IMG/VR virus record: IMGVR_UViG_3300042274_000333
Reading direction: 5' to 3' (one strand)
Source of the DNA: an uncultured virus (IMG/VR IMGVR_UViG_3300042274_000333)
Taxonomy: Duplodnaviria; Heunggongvirae; Uroviricota; Caudoviricetes
DNA length: 64,000 nucleotides
Both the position numbers and the translations under genes were made by a program. This document shows, one piece after another, positions 28,330 through 39,581 of the stretch. Every line of letters starts with the position of its first letter. Positions within the stretch are counted from its first letter, which is position 1. Under the pieces are notes generated by a model. It did no database searches and was not told the origin of the DNA. It saw only the letters and a program-made list of their open reading frames with translations.

Positions 28330-28741
28330 AACACTTGAACAGATTGAGAAAGAGGTAGGAGAGGAACTACTCACCACTAACGCTAATGGTAGTAGGATAC
28401 GTATTGATTTAATTTGGCATTTTAACAATACTCCACAAATTAGTATTCCCATAGATAATTATAATATCAGTCCATATGAAATTTCTTTTCCTCCACTTGG
28501 TTCAGGACAAGCAACTGTTGGTTATATCTTACAAGGAATTTTAGAAGTACTTGACAAGTCAGAAGAAGATGGGGTGGATATATCTACCATAAGAGATTTT
28601 CCTATGAGGGTTTTGTGGTCAAAAAGCAGAATCAAGAAAGTAATAGGATTTGGGCATTTTACAAAAGACCAGTTTGTGCTCATTGATGAACTGAATAAAT
28701 ATGCTTTTGAAGATATCAAAAAGTGGAAAGACAAGCTATAA
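28316..28741 (+). CDS. Hypothetical protein
   Basis: Operonic ORF. Confidence 0.65.
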   Translation: MKVIKTLEQIEKEVGEELLTTNANGSRIRIDLIWHFNNTPQISIPIDNYNISPYEISFPPLGSGQATVGYILQGILEVLDKSEEDGVDISTIRDFPMRVLWSKSRIKKVIGFGHFTKDQFVLIDELNKYAFEDIKKWKDKL

Positions 28742-28801
28742 ATAAAATTTTATTGACTAAAAAGTAAAAAAAATATATACTGTAATGGAAAGGAGAATAA
28801 T

Positions 28802-29242
28802 ATGTCTACACGTTGTTATATTGGCGTAGTTTTAGAGAATGGAGAAGTTGAATATATTTACTCACATTGGGATGGATATTTAGATGGCGTAGGAGCGACT
28901 TTGTTGGATTGCCACAATACCGATGAAAAAGTAAAACTGCTTGTTGCTTTCGGTGATGCTTCTGCTATTTATGAGAATACTATGCCAGAACCAGGGCAAG
29001 AGCACTCATACGAAAATCCAGTAAAAGGAGTTTCAATTTATTATCACAGAGATAGGGGCGAAGATTGGGGAACGGTAGGAACAAGAACCTCTAAAACTGA
29101 AGCAGTTTTTTGGAATAATAAAGGTATGTGGATTGAGTATCAGTATCTATTTAAAGATGGCAAGTGGTTTGTGAGCGACCACGGTGGAGAAGTGCAAGAA
29201 CTTTCCGTTGCCTTGGAGAATTATTTAAAAGAGAATAAATAA
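28802..29242 (+). CDS. Phage hypothetical protein (MSTR..IY.HWDGY..GVG)
   Basis: Own promoter and AAGGAG RBS. Confidence 0.75.
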   Translation: MSTRCYIGVVLENGEVEYIYSHWDGYLDGVGATLLDCHNTDEKVKLLVAFGDASAIYENTMPEPGQEHSYENPVKGVSIYYHRDRGEDWGTVGTRTSKTEAVFWNNKGMWIEYQYLFKDGKWFVSDHGGEVQELSVALENYLKENK

Positions 29243-29628
29243 TGAGACTTTGGCATTATAAATTGATACCCTATCTTTCAAGACAAAGGCTTTTAGGACA
29301 ACATAGAGAATGTTGTGCTTTAAGAGGAAAAGGATGGGGTAAAAAACATAGCACAGTAGATTATGTATTTACTCATTCTTATTTTACTTTATTCATGTAT
29401 CATTTTTTAGTAATGATGGAAATGGCAAAAAGAGAGTATAATATAACAAAAGAATGGTGGGATATAAACTATCGTGGTAAAATACTTGGCACTTCACATG
29501 ATTTATTAGGTGAAGATATGCCAGAAAATGAATTAATATATTTTCCAGAGCATAATCAAATGTATTTGGAAGAATGTTTGCTGTTGTTAAAAGAAAAAGG
29601 TGAGGATTTGTATGAGAAAGTTTGTTAG
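29242..29628 (+). CDS. Pyrimidine-dimer DNA glycosylase family (TIGR02328-like)
   Basis: MRLWH..LIP.L.RQ.LLGQHRECCALRG.GWG.KH.TV.YVF. Confidence 0.85.
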   Translation: MRLWHYKLIPYLSRQRLLGQHRECCALRGKGWGKKHSTVDYVFTHSYFTLFMYHFLVMMEMAKREYNITKEWWDINYRGKILGTSHDLLGEDMPENELIYFPEHNQMYLEECLLLLKEKGEDLYEKVC

Positions 29629-29956
29629 CTTTATAAAAAGGTTTGGAGACCTTATTATGTCTATTATATTCATGACATTTTTGATTTTTATGATTGTTTA
29701 TGCTGGAGTATCAACATCAGCAAGTGTTTGGAATATAATAGAATTATTAGTAGTTTTATGTTTTACTCCTTTTTTAGCTGGGTATATTTTCAGAAATTGG
29801 AGAGTTAAAGAGATTAAAAATTCAGTAATGACTACTTACATTGATGAACATATAAGTTTAATGGAAGAAGAACTTGACAAGTATGAAAAAGAAGATTTGG
29901 TAAACTATATGAAATCTTTTCAGAGATATAATAACAATATGATAGAAATGATGTAA
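29600..29956 (+). CDS. Membrane protein
   Basis: Two hydrophobic segments. Confidence 0.6.
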   Translation: MRICMRKFVSFIKRFGDLIMSIIFMTFLIFMIVYAGVSTSASVWNIIELLVVLCFTPFLAGYIFRNWRVKEIKNSVMTTYIDEHISLMEEELDKYEKEDLVNYMKSFQRYNNNMIEMM

Positions 29957-29957
29957 T

Positions 29958-30461
29958 ATGGATAATATAATTTTTACAAAAACATTAGAGTATTACGATT
30001 TGCCCGTCTTACTGCTTGCAGAAGGAGAAAAGGAAAACACAGATTATATCTGTTCTTTTGTAGATTTTGTATATTTTGGTGCTATGTATTTAGTAGCTAA
30101 AATAAGCAAAGAAGAAAGAGATAATATACTCTATAACAAACAACATATAGTTCCTCTTTTAAAAAAAGCAAATCCATTGTATAAATGTATAGCCATAGAT
30201 TTTAAAGAACCACAAGAGTTATATATTTTTGAAGAAGATGAAGTTTTAGAAAACTATTATCCATCTGAAGGTCTTTTCATAGATCCAGTGGAACCACCAT
30301 ATTATTATTTTAGTTGCCCTAAATGTGGAAGTGGAAGAATAGACCAGTTTAGGAAACCCACAGGACCCATTTGGTGTCAGAGGTGTGGTTTTAGAGTAGA
30401 GAAAAAAGAAGAGGACAATCCTTTTGTGTTAAAGAGAAAAAATGAAAAAGATACTGTCTAA
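29958..30461 (+). CDS. Hypothetical protein with C-terminal Zn ribbon
   Basis: CPKC..CQRC. Confidence 0.65.
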   Translation: MDNIIFTKTLEYYDLPVLLLAEGEKENTDYICSFVDFVYFGAMYLVAKISKEERDNILYNKQHIVPLLKKANPLYKCIAIDFKEPQELYIFEEDEVLENYYPSEGLFIDPVEPPYYYFSCPKCGSGRIDQFRKPTGPIWCQRCGFRVEKKEEDNPFVLKRKNEKDTV

Positions 30462-30665
30462 TTTTAAATATAAAGTATAAACAGAATATGAATGACTTAC
30501 ACATAGAAGAAAAATTTTATAATAAACTTCATACTCCGCTTAAGTTTCATAAACCTAAAGAAAAAGTACATATAACAAGAGAAGAAATTGTTCCTGTTTG
30601 GCGTAAAAATAAAGACGGAGAGTATGAAATAGAAAGATTTGATATAATAAATAAGGAAGAATAAT

Positions 30666-31373
30666 ATGCGACGATTTGTAATAGGTGATATACACGGCTC
30701 TTATAGAGGAATGATACAGGTTCTTGAAAGGGCAGGGTTTAATAAAGAAGAAGATTTACTCATTGGTATTGGAGATTATGTAGATGGATGGTCTCAATCA
30801 AGTAGTGTAATATCATATATTATGGAATTACCTAACTTCTTGGGAGTAATAGGGAATCATGATTACTGGGCATCTAACTGGCTTAAGGGTGGGAATGCAG
30901 AATATATTTGGGTTTCGCAGGGTGGAGCAGCTACTATAAAATCTTATGAAGATATAGACAGGGCTACCCAACAGAAACACGGAACTTTTTTGCAAGCTAT
31001 GCCTTATTATCTTGAAATAGATGGTATGGCGTTTATACATGGCGGTTGTTTTGATACTGAAAACCTAAAAGACCTCATGAACATTTCCGGACATGAACTT
31101 ATGTGGGATAGGGATTTGTATTATACTGTTGCTTATGATAAAAGGCAACATGAAGATATATCTCTTTTTCCCTATAAGAAAGTATTTGTAGGGCATACCC
31201 AAACTTCAAGAGAATTGCCAGACTTTACTCCTTTTCAATATCAAAATTTTTGGAATATAGACCAAGGAGCAGGATGGAATGGAAAGCTTACATTGGTAGA
31301 TATTGATACTGATGAATGGTGGCAGTCTGATTTTTCGCAAGACCTCTATCCAGAAGAGCCAGGCAGAAGATAA
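30666..31373 (+). CDS. Metallophosphoesterase (PPP-like)
   Basis: GDIHG, GDYVD, GNHD, HGG, GHT. Confidence 0.92.
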   Translation: MRRFVIGDIHGSYRGMIQVLERAGFNKEEDLLIGIGDYVDGWSQSSSVISYIMELPNFLGVIGNHDYWASNWLKGGNAEYIWVSQGGAATIKSYEDIDRATQQKHGTFLQAMPYYLEIDGMAFIHGGCFDTENLKDLMNISGHELMWDRDLYYTVAYDKRQHEDISLFPYKKVFVGHTQTSRELPDFTPFQYQNFWNIDQGAGWNGKLTLVDIDTDEWWQSDFSQDLYPEEPGRR

Positions 31374-31374
31374 T

Positions 31375-31731
31375 ATGAAAATGAGAAATGGGTTCGTAAG
31401 CAATAGCAGTAGCAGTAGTTTTATCATTCATAGAAAACATCTTACAGAAGACATATTAGATTATTTGGATATTTGTATAAATAATATAGATGTTGATATA
31501 CGAGTAGGGATAGACCACCTTCGGTTTTCTAAATGGATTTCTCGTTTAGAACCTTTTAGGAAATACTTTCCAAGTGAATTTGAAGGACAATGGAGCTATT
31601 TATTTGTACAAGAAAGCCATTACAGAAGAGCAAGGTTTGGCCCAGAGGTTTGGGTAGATAGAGAAGGTTCTTCCATAAGAGAAATTATAGAAAGGGGCGA
31701 TAAAAAATTAAAGGAAAGATATGAAAATTAG
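31375..31731 (+). CDS. Hypothetical protein (MK.R.GFVSNSSSSSF family)
   Basis: Motif at start 31375. Confidence 0.7.
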   Translation: MKMRNGFVSNSSSSSFIIHRKHLTEDILDYLDICINNIDVDIRVGIDHLRFSKWISRLEPFRKYFPSEFEGQWSYLFVQESHYRRARFGPEVWVDREGSSIREIIERGDKKLKERYEN

Positions 31732-32074
31732 AAGTGGTTTTGTAAGCAATAGTAGTAGCAGTAGCTTTATTATGTTTACTAAAAAAGAACATTTTGAGGC
31801 TGTATTGGAAGAACTTGATAAAATTCAAGTAGATTTTTTAAGAAGTATTGCTTTATCTAATAACTTTAACGGCATGGATTTAGTTTCATTTTATACTATA
31901 ATGACAGAAGGATATAGTACAACAGATGAATTTATGGATACCATAGACGAAGAGGACGAAGAAAAAAGAGAAGAAATACTTGATCTTGCCTATGGTGCTG
32001 TTGGGGATTTGATAAAAGCTATAGAAAATAAATTTGGTAAAAATACTTGTATTTATTTTAGTGAAGATTTTTAA
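31721..32074 (+). CDS. Hypothetical protein (MK.R.GFVSNSSSSSF family)
   Basis: Same N-terminal motif. Confidence 0.75.
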   Translation: MKIRSGFVSNSSSSSFIMFTKKEHFEAVLEELDKIQVDFLRSIALSNNFNGMDLVSFYTIMTEGYSTTDEFMDTIDEEDEEKREEILDLAYGAVGDLIKAIENKFGKNTCIYFSEDF

Positions 32075-32250
32075 AAATCTTATATAGCATAAAGGAGAAA
32101 AGTATGGTAGCAGTAGATAAACTTACTATAACATTAGAAGACGGACAAACTTTTGAGGTTTCAGTTCAAGAAGCAAAAGCACTTATGAGGGATTTGGCTA
32201 ATATAATCAAAAGTTTGCAAATAAAACCAGAGCCTGAAAAGGAGTAAAAC

Positions 32251-32601
32251 TTGAAAAAAGTTATCGTTGCTGGAGGAAGAGATTTCTCGCCTTTAGATAA
32301 GCACAGAACTTGGTTAAAAGAAAAACTTTTAGAAATTAAAGCAAAAGAAGTAGTAAGTGGTGGATGTACTGGGGCTGATAAATTTGGTGAAGATATAGCA
32401 AAAGAATTGAACATTAGAATAAAATCATTTCCAGCTAACTGGGCTAAATATGGTAAAAGTGCTGGCCCTATAAGAAATAAACAAATGGCTGAATATGCTA
32501 ATGTTTGTATCCTTTTCCCTGATGGTAGAGGAACAGCGAGCATGAAAGATTTATCTATAAGGCATGGATTAGAAATCATAGAGTATGAAGAAATATATTA
32601 A
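32251..32601 (+). CDS. SLOG-family protein (DUF2493/YspA-like)
   Basis: VIVAGGRDF, VVSGGCTGAD, FPANWAKYGKSAGPIRN, RGT. Confidence 0.88.
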   Translation: MKKVIVAGGRDFSPLDKHRTWLKEKLLEIKAKEVVSGGCTGADKFGEDIAKELNIRIKSFPANWAKYGKSAGPIRNKQMAEYANVCILFPDGRGTASMKDLSIRHGLEIIEYEEIY

Positions 32602-32803
32602 GGATAAAATTAATAAATTTATATTTAGGTATAGAATGAAGCGATTTGCTAAATCTATCGGCTTAAAAGCTAAATTCTTCTCTAAAAAGGAAATAAGAGA
32701 AGAAATGGAAAAATTTCTTCAACTAGACCCTAAAGAGCGTCCTATGAAACCTCCTAAAGATACAATATTTTATCAAACTTTAATAAAGAATAAGGAAGAA
32801 TAA
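32585..32803 (+). CDS. Hypothetical protein
   Basis: Operonic ORF. Confidence 0.55.
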   Translation: MKKYIKDKINKFIFRYRMKRFAKSIGLKAKFFSKKEIREEMEKFLQLDPKERPMKPPKDTIFYQTLIKNKEE

Positions 32804-33069
32804 TGAGAAACAAAGAAGAAAAAAAGTATTTTAGATTTGGTTATGAATCACCACCCCTTTGGTTTTCTTTGGAACAACTTAACGGGAAAGCTATATTGCT
32901 TAATGATTTAGTTCAAAGATTTAATAGTGATAACGATGGAAGCTTCTATATGATTTCCAATAAAGAAGGAACAAGTAATTGCTATAAAGGCGACATTATA
33001 TATAAAGATGATGAAGGAGAGCTATTTGTTTATACATTAAAGGATTTTTTAAACAATTCCCCAGTATAA
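32803..33069 (+). CDS. Hypothetical protein
   Basis: Operonic ORF before terminator at 33088-33111. Confidence 0.6.
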   Translation: MRNKEEKKYFRFGYESPPLWFSLEQLNGKAILLNDLVQRFNSDNDGSFYMISNKEGTSNCYKGDIIYKDDEGELFVYTLKDFLNNSPV

Positions 33070-33164
33070 ATAAGTAGGAAACATAGACCCTACTACATGT
33101 AGGGTTTTTTTATGTTTTTTCAAATATGATACACCGTATATATAGAACACAAGGAGTTTAAAAA

Positions 33165-36100
33165 GTGTTTGAATTTAAACAGGATATTTCAAGGGAGATA
33201 TTTTTTAGAAAATATGCTCTTCACGGAGAAAAAACAGTAGAAGAAATCTTAAAAGGAGTAGCAGAAGAAATAGCGTCTGTAGAACCGGATGATAATTTAA
33301 AAAACATTTGGCAAGAGTATTTCTATCAAGCTATGATTTCTGGTAAATTTATCCCAGCGGGAAGAATATTGGCAAATGCTAGACCTTATTCCAGAATGAA
33401 AAACTACAACAACTGTTTTACTATTGATTTAGAGGATTCAATGCCTGGCATTTATGGGCCAGTAAGCGAAGATGCTATCATCGGTCAAATGGGTGGAGGT
33501 GTTGGATTTAACGCTTCAAAACTTCGTCCTAAAGGCGCATTGATTAGCAAAGGCGGAGAAAGTTCTGGCGTTATGAGTTTTATAGAGGTATTTGATACTT
33601 CTGCTAAAGCTATACATACAGGAGGTGGTCGTAGAGGGGCGCACATTTGTATCCTTAATGTAGACCATCCAGATATTGAAGAATTTATTGAATATAAGAA
33701 AGGAAGAGAGAATAATAAACTTACTCAATTTAATATTTCAGTAGGTATTACTGATGAGTTTATGAGAGCAGTTGAAAATGATGAAGACTGGGATTTGGTA
33801 TTCCCTCTTATGAAATTTGAAAGCGAAGAAAATTGTAAAACAAAATGGGTTAAAAACAACTTTGATTTACAATATTGTATAGACCAAGGATATACTGTTG
33901 ACGACACAGATCTTATTTTAGTAAAGGTGTATAAAACTGTAAGAGCAAAAGATTTGTATGAAAGAATGACTAAACAGGCTTGGTGGTATAATGAGCCAGG
34001 TGCTTTGTTCCTTGATACAGTGGAAGCAGGAAACAATGCTTCTCACGCTTTTAAGGTAGATAGATGCAATCCTTGTGGTAAATAATCTTGCCTCAAGTAA
34101 AAAACAGGGTGAACTGCTGGAAAGCTAAATTCTTGAAAAAGAATATGCTAATCAGCATCCAAGGTAGAGTAGGAATACTCTGCAAGGTTCAGAGACTAGG
34201 AAACGATACCAGAACGGTAGGTAATTTTCCCACGAGCGCCCTGCCCCATATTATGGGTGAAGATATAGTCCGACACTCCGGTGAAAATCGGAGAGTTAAG
34301 ATAAAGAGCTTAACAATAACTGATGGAAATCGTAATGCCTTCTTATTCTCTTTGCTGTCTATCTTCTATCAATCTTTCTAAATTGGTAAAAAATCAATTT
34401 ACAGAGAATGCAGAATTTGATTGGGAAGAATTTAAAAACATGGCAAGACTTGGAGTAAGGTTCTTGGATAATGTCTTGGATGCTACTGATTATCCTCTTG
34501 AAAAAATTGAGAAAATATCAAAAGCATGGAGAAGGATTGGTCTTGGAATTACAGGACTTGGCGATGCTTTGTTGAAATTAAAGATTAGATATGGAAGTAA
34601 AGAAAGTGTAGATTTTGTATATGAAATGGGAAATGTCCTAGCAGAAAGTGCGTATAATGCTTCTGTTGATTTAGCATTACAAAAAGGCTCGTTTCCTGCT
34701 TATGATAGTCATATTGGGCATTCTGGATTTATTACAAGGTTAAGTGAAGGAACACAGAAAAGAATTCAAGAAGTCGGGTTAAGAAACATTGGTATATTAA
34801 CCACGGCACCAACCGGATGTCTTGTTCCAGAAAGTATTGTATCAACTAACGATGGTTTATACACATTGGAAGAATTAATTCCTAATTATAAAAACTATGA
34901 AGATGGAACTTGGATACCACAAGAAAATCTTGGAGCATTAAACGAATATGAAAAGTACGAAGGAATAAGGAATACTTTTATAAATGGATTTAAACCTACT
35001 AAAAAAATATCTACAAAGAGTGGTGTAAATTTAGAAGGAACTCCAAATCATAAGTTTAAAGTGTTAAATGGAACTTCGTTTGACTGGAAGAAACTTGAAG
35101 ACCTATCTGTTGGAGATAATATAGTTTATAAAATTGGAGGATATGAAAAGAAAGATAATAAACGGCTTATACTTCCAGATTATGCAAAACACCCTAATGA
35201 AAAAGATATAAGATTACCGGAAGAGATTACCGCTGAATTTGCTTTCTTTTTAGGACTTTATAATGCAGATGGTAGCACTCACAACAAAGGCATAAGAATT
35301 AACTTAAATCATTTAACAAATGAATCAATAGAAGTTGTTGAACTGATTAAGAATTTATTTAATTGGAATTCTAAAGTTGTTGATAATGGTAAAAATTGTG
35401 ACAGTGTGTATATTTCTTCTCAAAGATTACTTAACTTTTTAGAAATTAATGGATTAATAAAAAATAAAGCATTAGGAATAGAAATTCCAAAAGCAGTAAG
35501 ATTATCTTCTAAAGAAAGTATCCTTTCTTATATTGATGGATATTTTTATGGTGATGGTTCAAGCAGCAGAGGGACAATGTATATTGATACTTATTCCGAA
35601 AAAAATGCTCAACAATTAGCTATTATAATGAGAGCAGTAGGTATTAATTCATCTATTTCAGTTTATGATAAATCTCTTGATGAAGGTAGCTATTCAAACA
35701 ATTTATCTTACAGGATTTATTGGAAAAAATATGGCTCTATCGGAGAAGAGAGAGCAAAGAGATATATTAAAAAAGATTTAAAAGAGAAAGTAGATTATCT
35801 TAATGATTATTTTGGAAAGGGATTGTTTATTGATGAAGTTGTTGCTATAAGCGATAGTAATAATTACACTTTAGACTTGGAAGTTCCAGACGGAAGAACT
35901 TATATTGCAAATTCATATGTTAGTCATAACACCACTTCTTTGTCTTTGGGAAATAACTGTTCTTCTGGTATTGAGCCTATTTTCTCTTTGCAGTATGATA
36001 GGTCTATAAGACAGGATGATGATACCACAAAAACACAAACTGTATATGATGATGGATGGCTGGAATACATAGAGTACGCAGGATACAAAGAAGGAAATGA

Positions 36101-36917
36101 TCTTCCTGATTATGTAGTGGTATCCCATAATGTATCTATTACAGAAGGAATAGATATACAGGCAGCACTTCAATACTGGATAGACCACAGTATCAGTAAA
36201 ACCATTAACATGCCTTTTGAAACTACACTAGAGCAATATAAAGATATATTCATGTATTCCTGGAAAAAGGGATTGAAGGGAGTTACTTCTTTTCATGAAG
36301 GTGCTTCTATGGATGGTATTCTTTCTACAAAGAAAGATGATGGATGGAGAAATATTGAGGTATTGAAAAATGCTATGAAACGTCCAGAAAGCTTGCCTTG
36401 CGATATCTATGATATTACAGTTAATAAAGAACCTGTTATTGTCCTAGTTGGTAAAAATCCAGATTCACCTTACAATAACGCACCATATGAAATCTTCTAT
36501 ACAGATAATCATGATGATATAGTTGATTTAAAGAGATTTAAAGAAGGTAGTATTGTTAAGGTATATGATGGTGCTGAAAAAGCCAGTAGATATGATTTGC
36601 TTATTGAAGGCAAGCGAAGTAAGATAGTAGTAGAAAATTTAGCAGAGGTGTTTAATGATGATTATGCTTCTATGTGTAGATTGCTTTCTTTATTGATGAG
36701 GCATCAAGTTCCATTGGAGTTTATTGTCGCACAGATGAATAAAGTAAAGAAGTTTGGGACGTTCCAAAAAGCCATTGCGAGGGTATTGAAGTATTATATA
36801 CCTGATGGAGAAATGATTTCTTCTAATAAAGCAGAATGCCCTGAATGTGGTGGAACTATGGTTTTTGAGGGTGGCTGTACGGTTTGTAGCAGTTGTGGAT
36901 ATTCTACTTGCGGTTGA
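33165..36917 (+). CDS. nrdJ: Class II (B12) ribonucleotide reductase; join(33165..34079,34326..36917); contains intein
   Basis: PAGRIL, NCF, GGGVG, RRGA, FNISV, EPG, NPCG|EI after splicing, RRIGLG, APTG|T, SSGIEP, SKTIN, C-terminal CPEC..CGYSTCG. Confidence 0.93.
34080..34325 (+). mobile_element. Group I intron, 246 nt, no HEG
   Basis: Exon ends in U (TGTGGT), intron ends in G; IGS GCCTCA; P GAACTGCTGGAA, Q AATCAGCA, R TTCAGAGACTA, S AAGATATAGTCC; removal restores NPCGEI. Confidence 0.93.
34818..35930 (+). mobile_element. Intein with LAGLIDADG endonuclease (371 aa)
   Basis: CLVPES.. start, TPNH block B, LGLYNADGS and IDGYFYGDGS, ends VSHN followed by Thr. Confidence 0.93.
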
Positions 36918-37104
36918 TAGGAGAAAGTAATGAAAGAAATGGTAGAAATAACAAAAGAAGAGTATTTGGAGTTGCTTCTCGCAGAAGCAAAACTCCAAGC
37001 ACTTGAAGATTCAGGAGTTGATGCTTGGGAATGGTATGACGAAGCAATGCAAGAATTTTTTGATAAAGAAGAAGAAATACAGGAAATGGTAGAAGAATTA
37101 TAAT

Positions 37105-37437
37105 ATGGATAAATTTTTAGAGAAAGTATTAGACAAATCTATTTTCAAAGAAAAATTTAGTGTAAAAGTTCCAACAGATGATACTTGCCCTGTCTGTAAA
37201 GGAAACAGAGAAATACGTGTCGCAAAGGAATATCGCATGACTTGCCCAAAATGTGGAGGAAAGGGAGTTTTCCCTTCCTCCACTACAAGGATAGTAGATA
37301 ATGCTACGGTACAATATGTTCCTATAGCGTTTGAAGAAAACAAAGAAAAAGTCCTATATGTTTCCGTTTCTTATGAAGAAGGAGGGCAAATCATTAACAC
37401 AACAGTAAAACCAGGAGATATAGCCTATGAAGATTAA
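37105..37437 (+). CDS. Protein with DnaJ-type CxxCxGxG Zn finger
   Basis: CPVCKGN..CPKCGGKG. Confidence 0.7.
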   Translation: MDKFLEKVLDKSIFKEKFSVKVPTDDTCPVCKGNREIRVAKEYRMTCPKCGGKGVFPSSTTRIVDNATVQYVPIAFEENKEKVLYVSVSYEEGGQIINTTVKPGDIAYED

Positions 37438-37616
37438 AATAGAAATAGACACCGAAGAAGAAAAAGCATCTAGAGCATTATTTAATGTATATGTTGACAT
37501 GAAGAAAAAAGAGTTGACAAAAAACCAAATTCCTGCTACAATGACAAAGACAGATTGTGATTGTAAACTTGATACGTATTATAAGGCATCTGTTGTAAAA
37601 TAAAAAAGGATAGGCG

Positions 37617-38057
37617 GTGTTTCTAGCATTTATAGTTGTATATAAAATTTACTTAATACGTGTTGCAAAGAAGTTTTCACTTTTTTGTAACTGGAGACAA
37701 ATGGATAACTTTTTCTTTAAACATTATTTTCTTTTTGCCAGATATATTCATCTATTAAGAAAAGGTAAAAATATATCACAGAGGCTTATTGAAAAAGTGT
37801 CGCTGTTGGAAGAAGAACATAAAGAAAAAGAAAAGCACCATTACGAATATTGGCATGGTAAAAATATGCCTAAAGAATGTTTAGAAGAAATGTTATGTGG
37901 ATGGATGGCTATGGCTATGCTAGCAAAAGCAAATCCAGTTCAGTACGCAAAGGATTGTATAGAAGAAAGCTCTATAAACATTTTTTCTAAAAGATACTTA
38001 TTAAACAAAATACAAGTAAAGGAAAACTTTACTAAAAAAGAAAAACATATCATATAA
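37617..38057 (+). CDS. Hypothetical protein
   Basis: ORF. Confidence 0.55.
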   Translation: MFLAFIVVYKIYLIRVAKKFSLFCNWRQMDNFFFKHYFLFARYIHLLRKGKNISQRLIEKVSLLEEEHKEKEKHHYEYWHGKNMPKECLEEMLCGWMAMAMLAKANPVQYAKDCIEESSINIFSKRYLLNKIQVKENFTKKEKHII

Positions 38058-38072
38058 TCTTGGGAGGTATAT

Positions 38073-38642
38073 ATGGAATTGACAAAAGATAACGCATTCG
38101 TAGGGGCGAGAGTAACCCACCGGACGGAAGGCGAAAATCTTTACGTGTATAAAGTAAATGACAAATCGTTTTACGCAGGATCTAAAACACCAGAAGAGGT
38201 TGAAGAATTTAATAAACCTTCTTTGGATAGTAAGGCAAAAATTTATTCTACGTTTTCAAAACTTATGAAGGCAGTAGGCGGAAAACAATATCAGTACAAA
38301 GATTTTGACATTGACGAAGATGAAGCCGAAAGAAAAGAGAAAAAAGAAAAAATTGACAAACTAAAGAAAGAGCAGAAAAAATATTTATCACCAGCCGCTG
38401 AAAAGTTGGTAAAAAGATTATACAAAATAAGCCAAAGTGGTAAAGGTTCTTGGGGTCATTCTAACTTCGTTAGTAAAACCCATATAGTTTTAATATCAGT
38501 AAATAATGAAGGAAAATGTGTAGTTCGTTCTGGCAGTGATGTAATTTTTTACCATGTTGAAACTGGAATACAAAGATTGTTTGATTACGAAAAAGACAAA
38601 GCTGGGAAAAAAGTTCTTTGGGAAAATTTTGAAATTTTCTAA
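38073..38642 (+). CDS. Hypothetical protein
   Basis: GGAGG RBS. Confidence 0.75.
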   Translation: MELTKDNAFVGARVTHRTEGENLYVYKVNDKSFYAGSKTPEEVEEFNKPSLDSKAKIYSTFSKLMKAVGGKQYQYKDFDIDEDEAERKEKKEKIDKLKKEQKKYLSPAAEKLVKRLYKISQSGKGSWGHSNFVSKTHIVLISVNNEGKCVVRSGSDVIFYHVETGIQRLFDYEKDKAGKKVLWENFEIF

Positions 38643-39218
38643 AAATTTTTTCTAAAATTTATAAAAAAAGCAAAAAATTTCTAAAAAATACCTATATCGG
38701 TGTCGCACTACCACCACAAAAAAAGTGCCTCAAAACCCCTATTATATAGGGGTTTTGCCTATTTAAATCCCCTCTAACTTTTGTATATACCCTAATAAAC
38801 ATTATAAATAACTCTATATATTATAAGGATTTACGAAAATTTTTTACCCGCTTGACAAGAAACTAAAAAAATGCTATAATGATATATCGCGTGGGCGTGC
38901 GCCCGCACGCACGCCCGCCTGTTTTCCTTATAAGAAAATACGTGCGAGGGGCTTGACAAGAAACTAAAAAAATGATAAAATAATGGTATGAAGCGGTCAA
39001 CGCCTTGCAAGGAAAACACTTGCAAGGGGCTTGACAAGAAACTAAAAAAATAGTATTTTAAGCGTGTCGTTTCCGCTTGCCAAGCAAGGCAAGAGGGGCT
39101 TGACAAGAAACTAAAAAAATGGTATTTTGAGCGAGTCAATCGTTAGTCGGTTCTGCCGATTAGGGGCTTGACAAGAAACTAAAAAAATGCTATAATGATG
39201 GCATGACAAGGGGGCTGT

Positions 39219-39563
39219 ATGACTGACTATGGTTTACTGGAACAAGTTAAGGCTGGAGAATATCGTAATGAGCCACTAGGGGTACACGTATGTCCTACTG
39301 GAAAAAAGAGTTATGCTAGGGTAAAACCTGATTATAGAGTAAAGGCGTATGGTGTCCCTGTGACAAATGCGGAAGAATTGTGTCCTGTGGGAAGTATTGC
39401 GTGCTATCATACCAAAGGCGGGAAAGGTGTGCTTATTCCTTGCAAGGTAGAGGAATACCGACACGACAAGGGGAAAGCTGTAATCAGTATAGAAAACGGG
39501 CGTTCTGTGCGTGTTGTATCACAAGACTTTATCCGCCCTTTGTCCCTCTTGACAAGAAACTAA
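39219..39563 (+). CDS. Early hypothetical protein
   Basis: Promoter cassette; stop lies inside next promoter. Confidence 0.65.
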   Translation: MTDYGLLEQVKAGEYRNEPLGVHVCPTGKKSYARVKPDYRVKAYGVPVTNAEELCPVGSIACYHTKGGKGVLIPCKVEEYRHDKGKAVISIENGRSVRVVSQDFIRPLSLLTRN

Positions 39564-39581
39564 AAAAATGGTATCCTACAT

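Noticed and set aside
34088..34381. 97-aa ORF or frameshift in nrdJ
   Set aside because: It coincides with the group I intron core; splicing explains the break.
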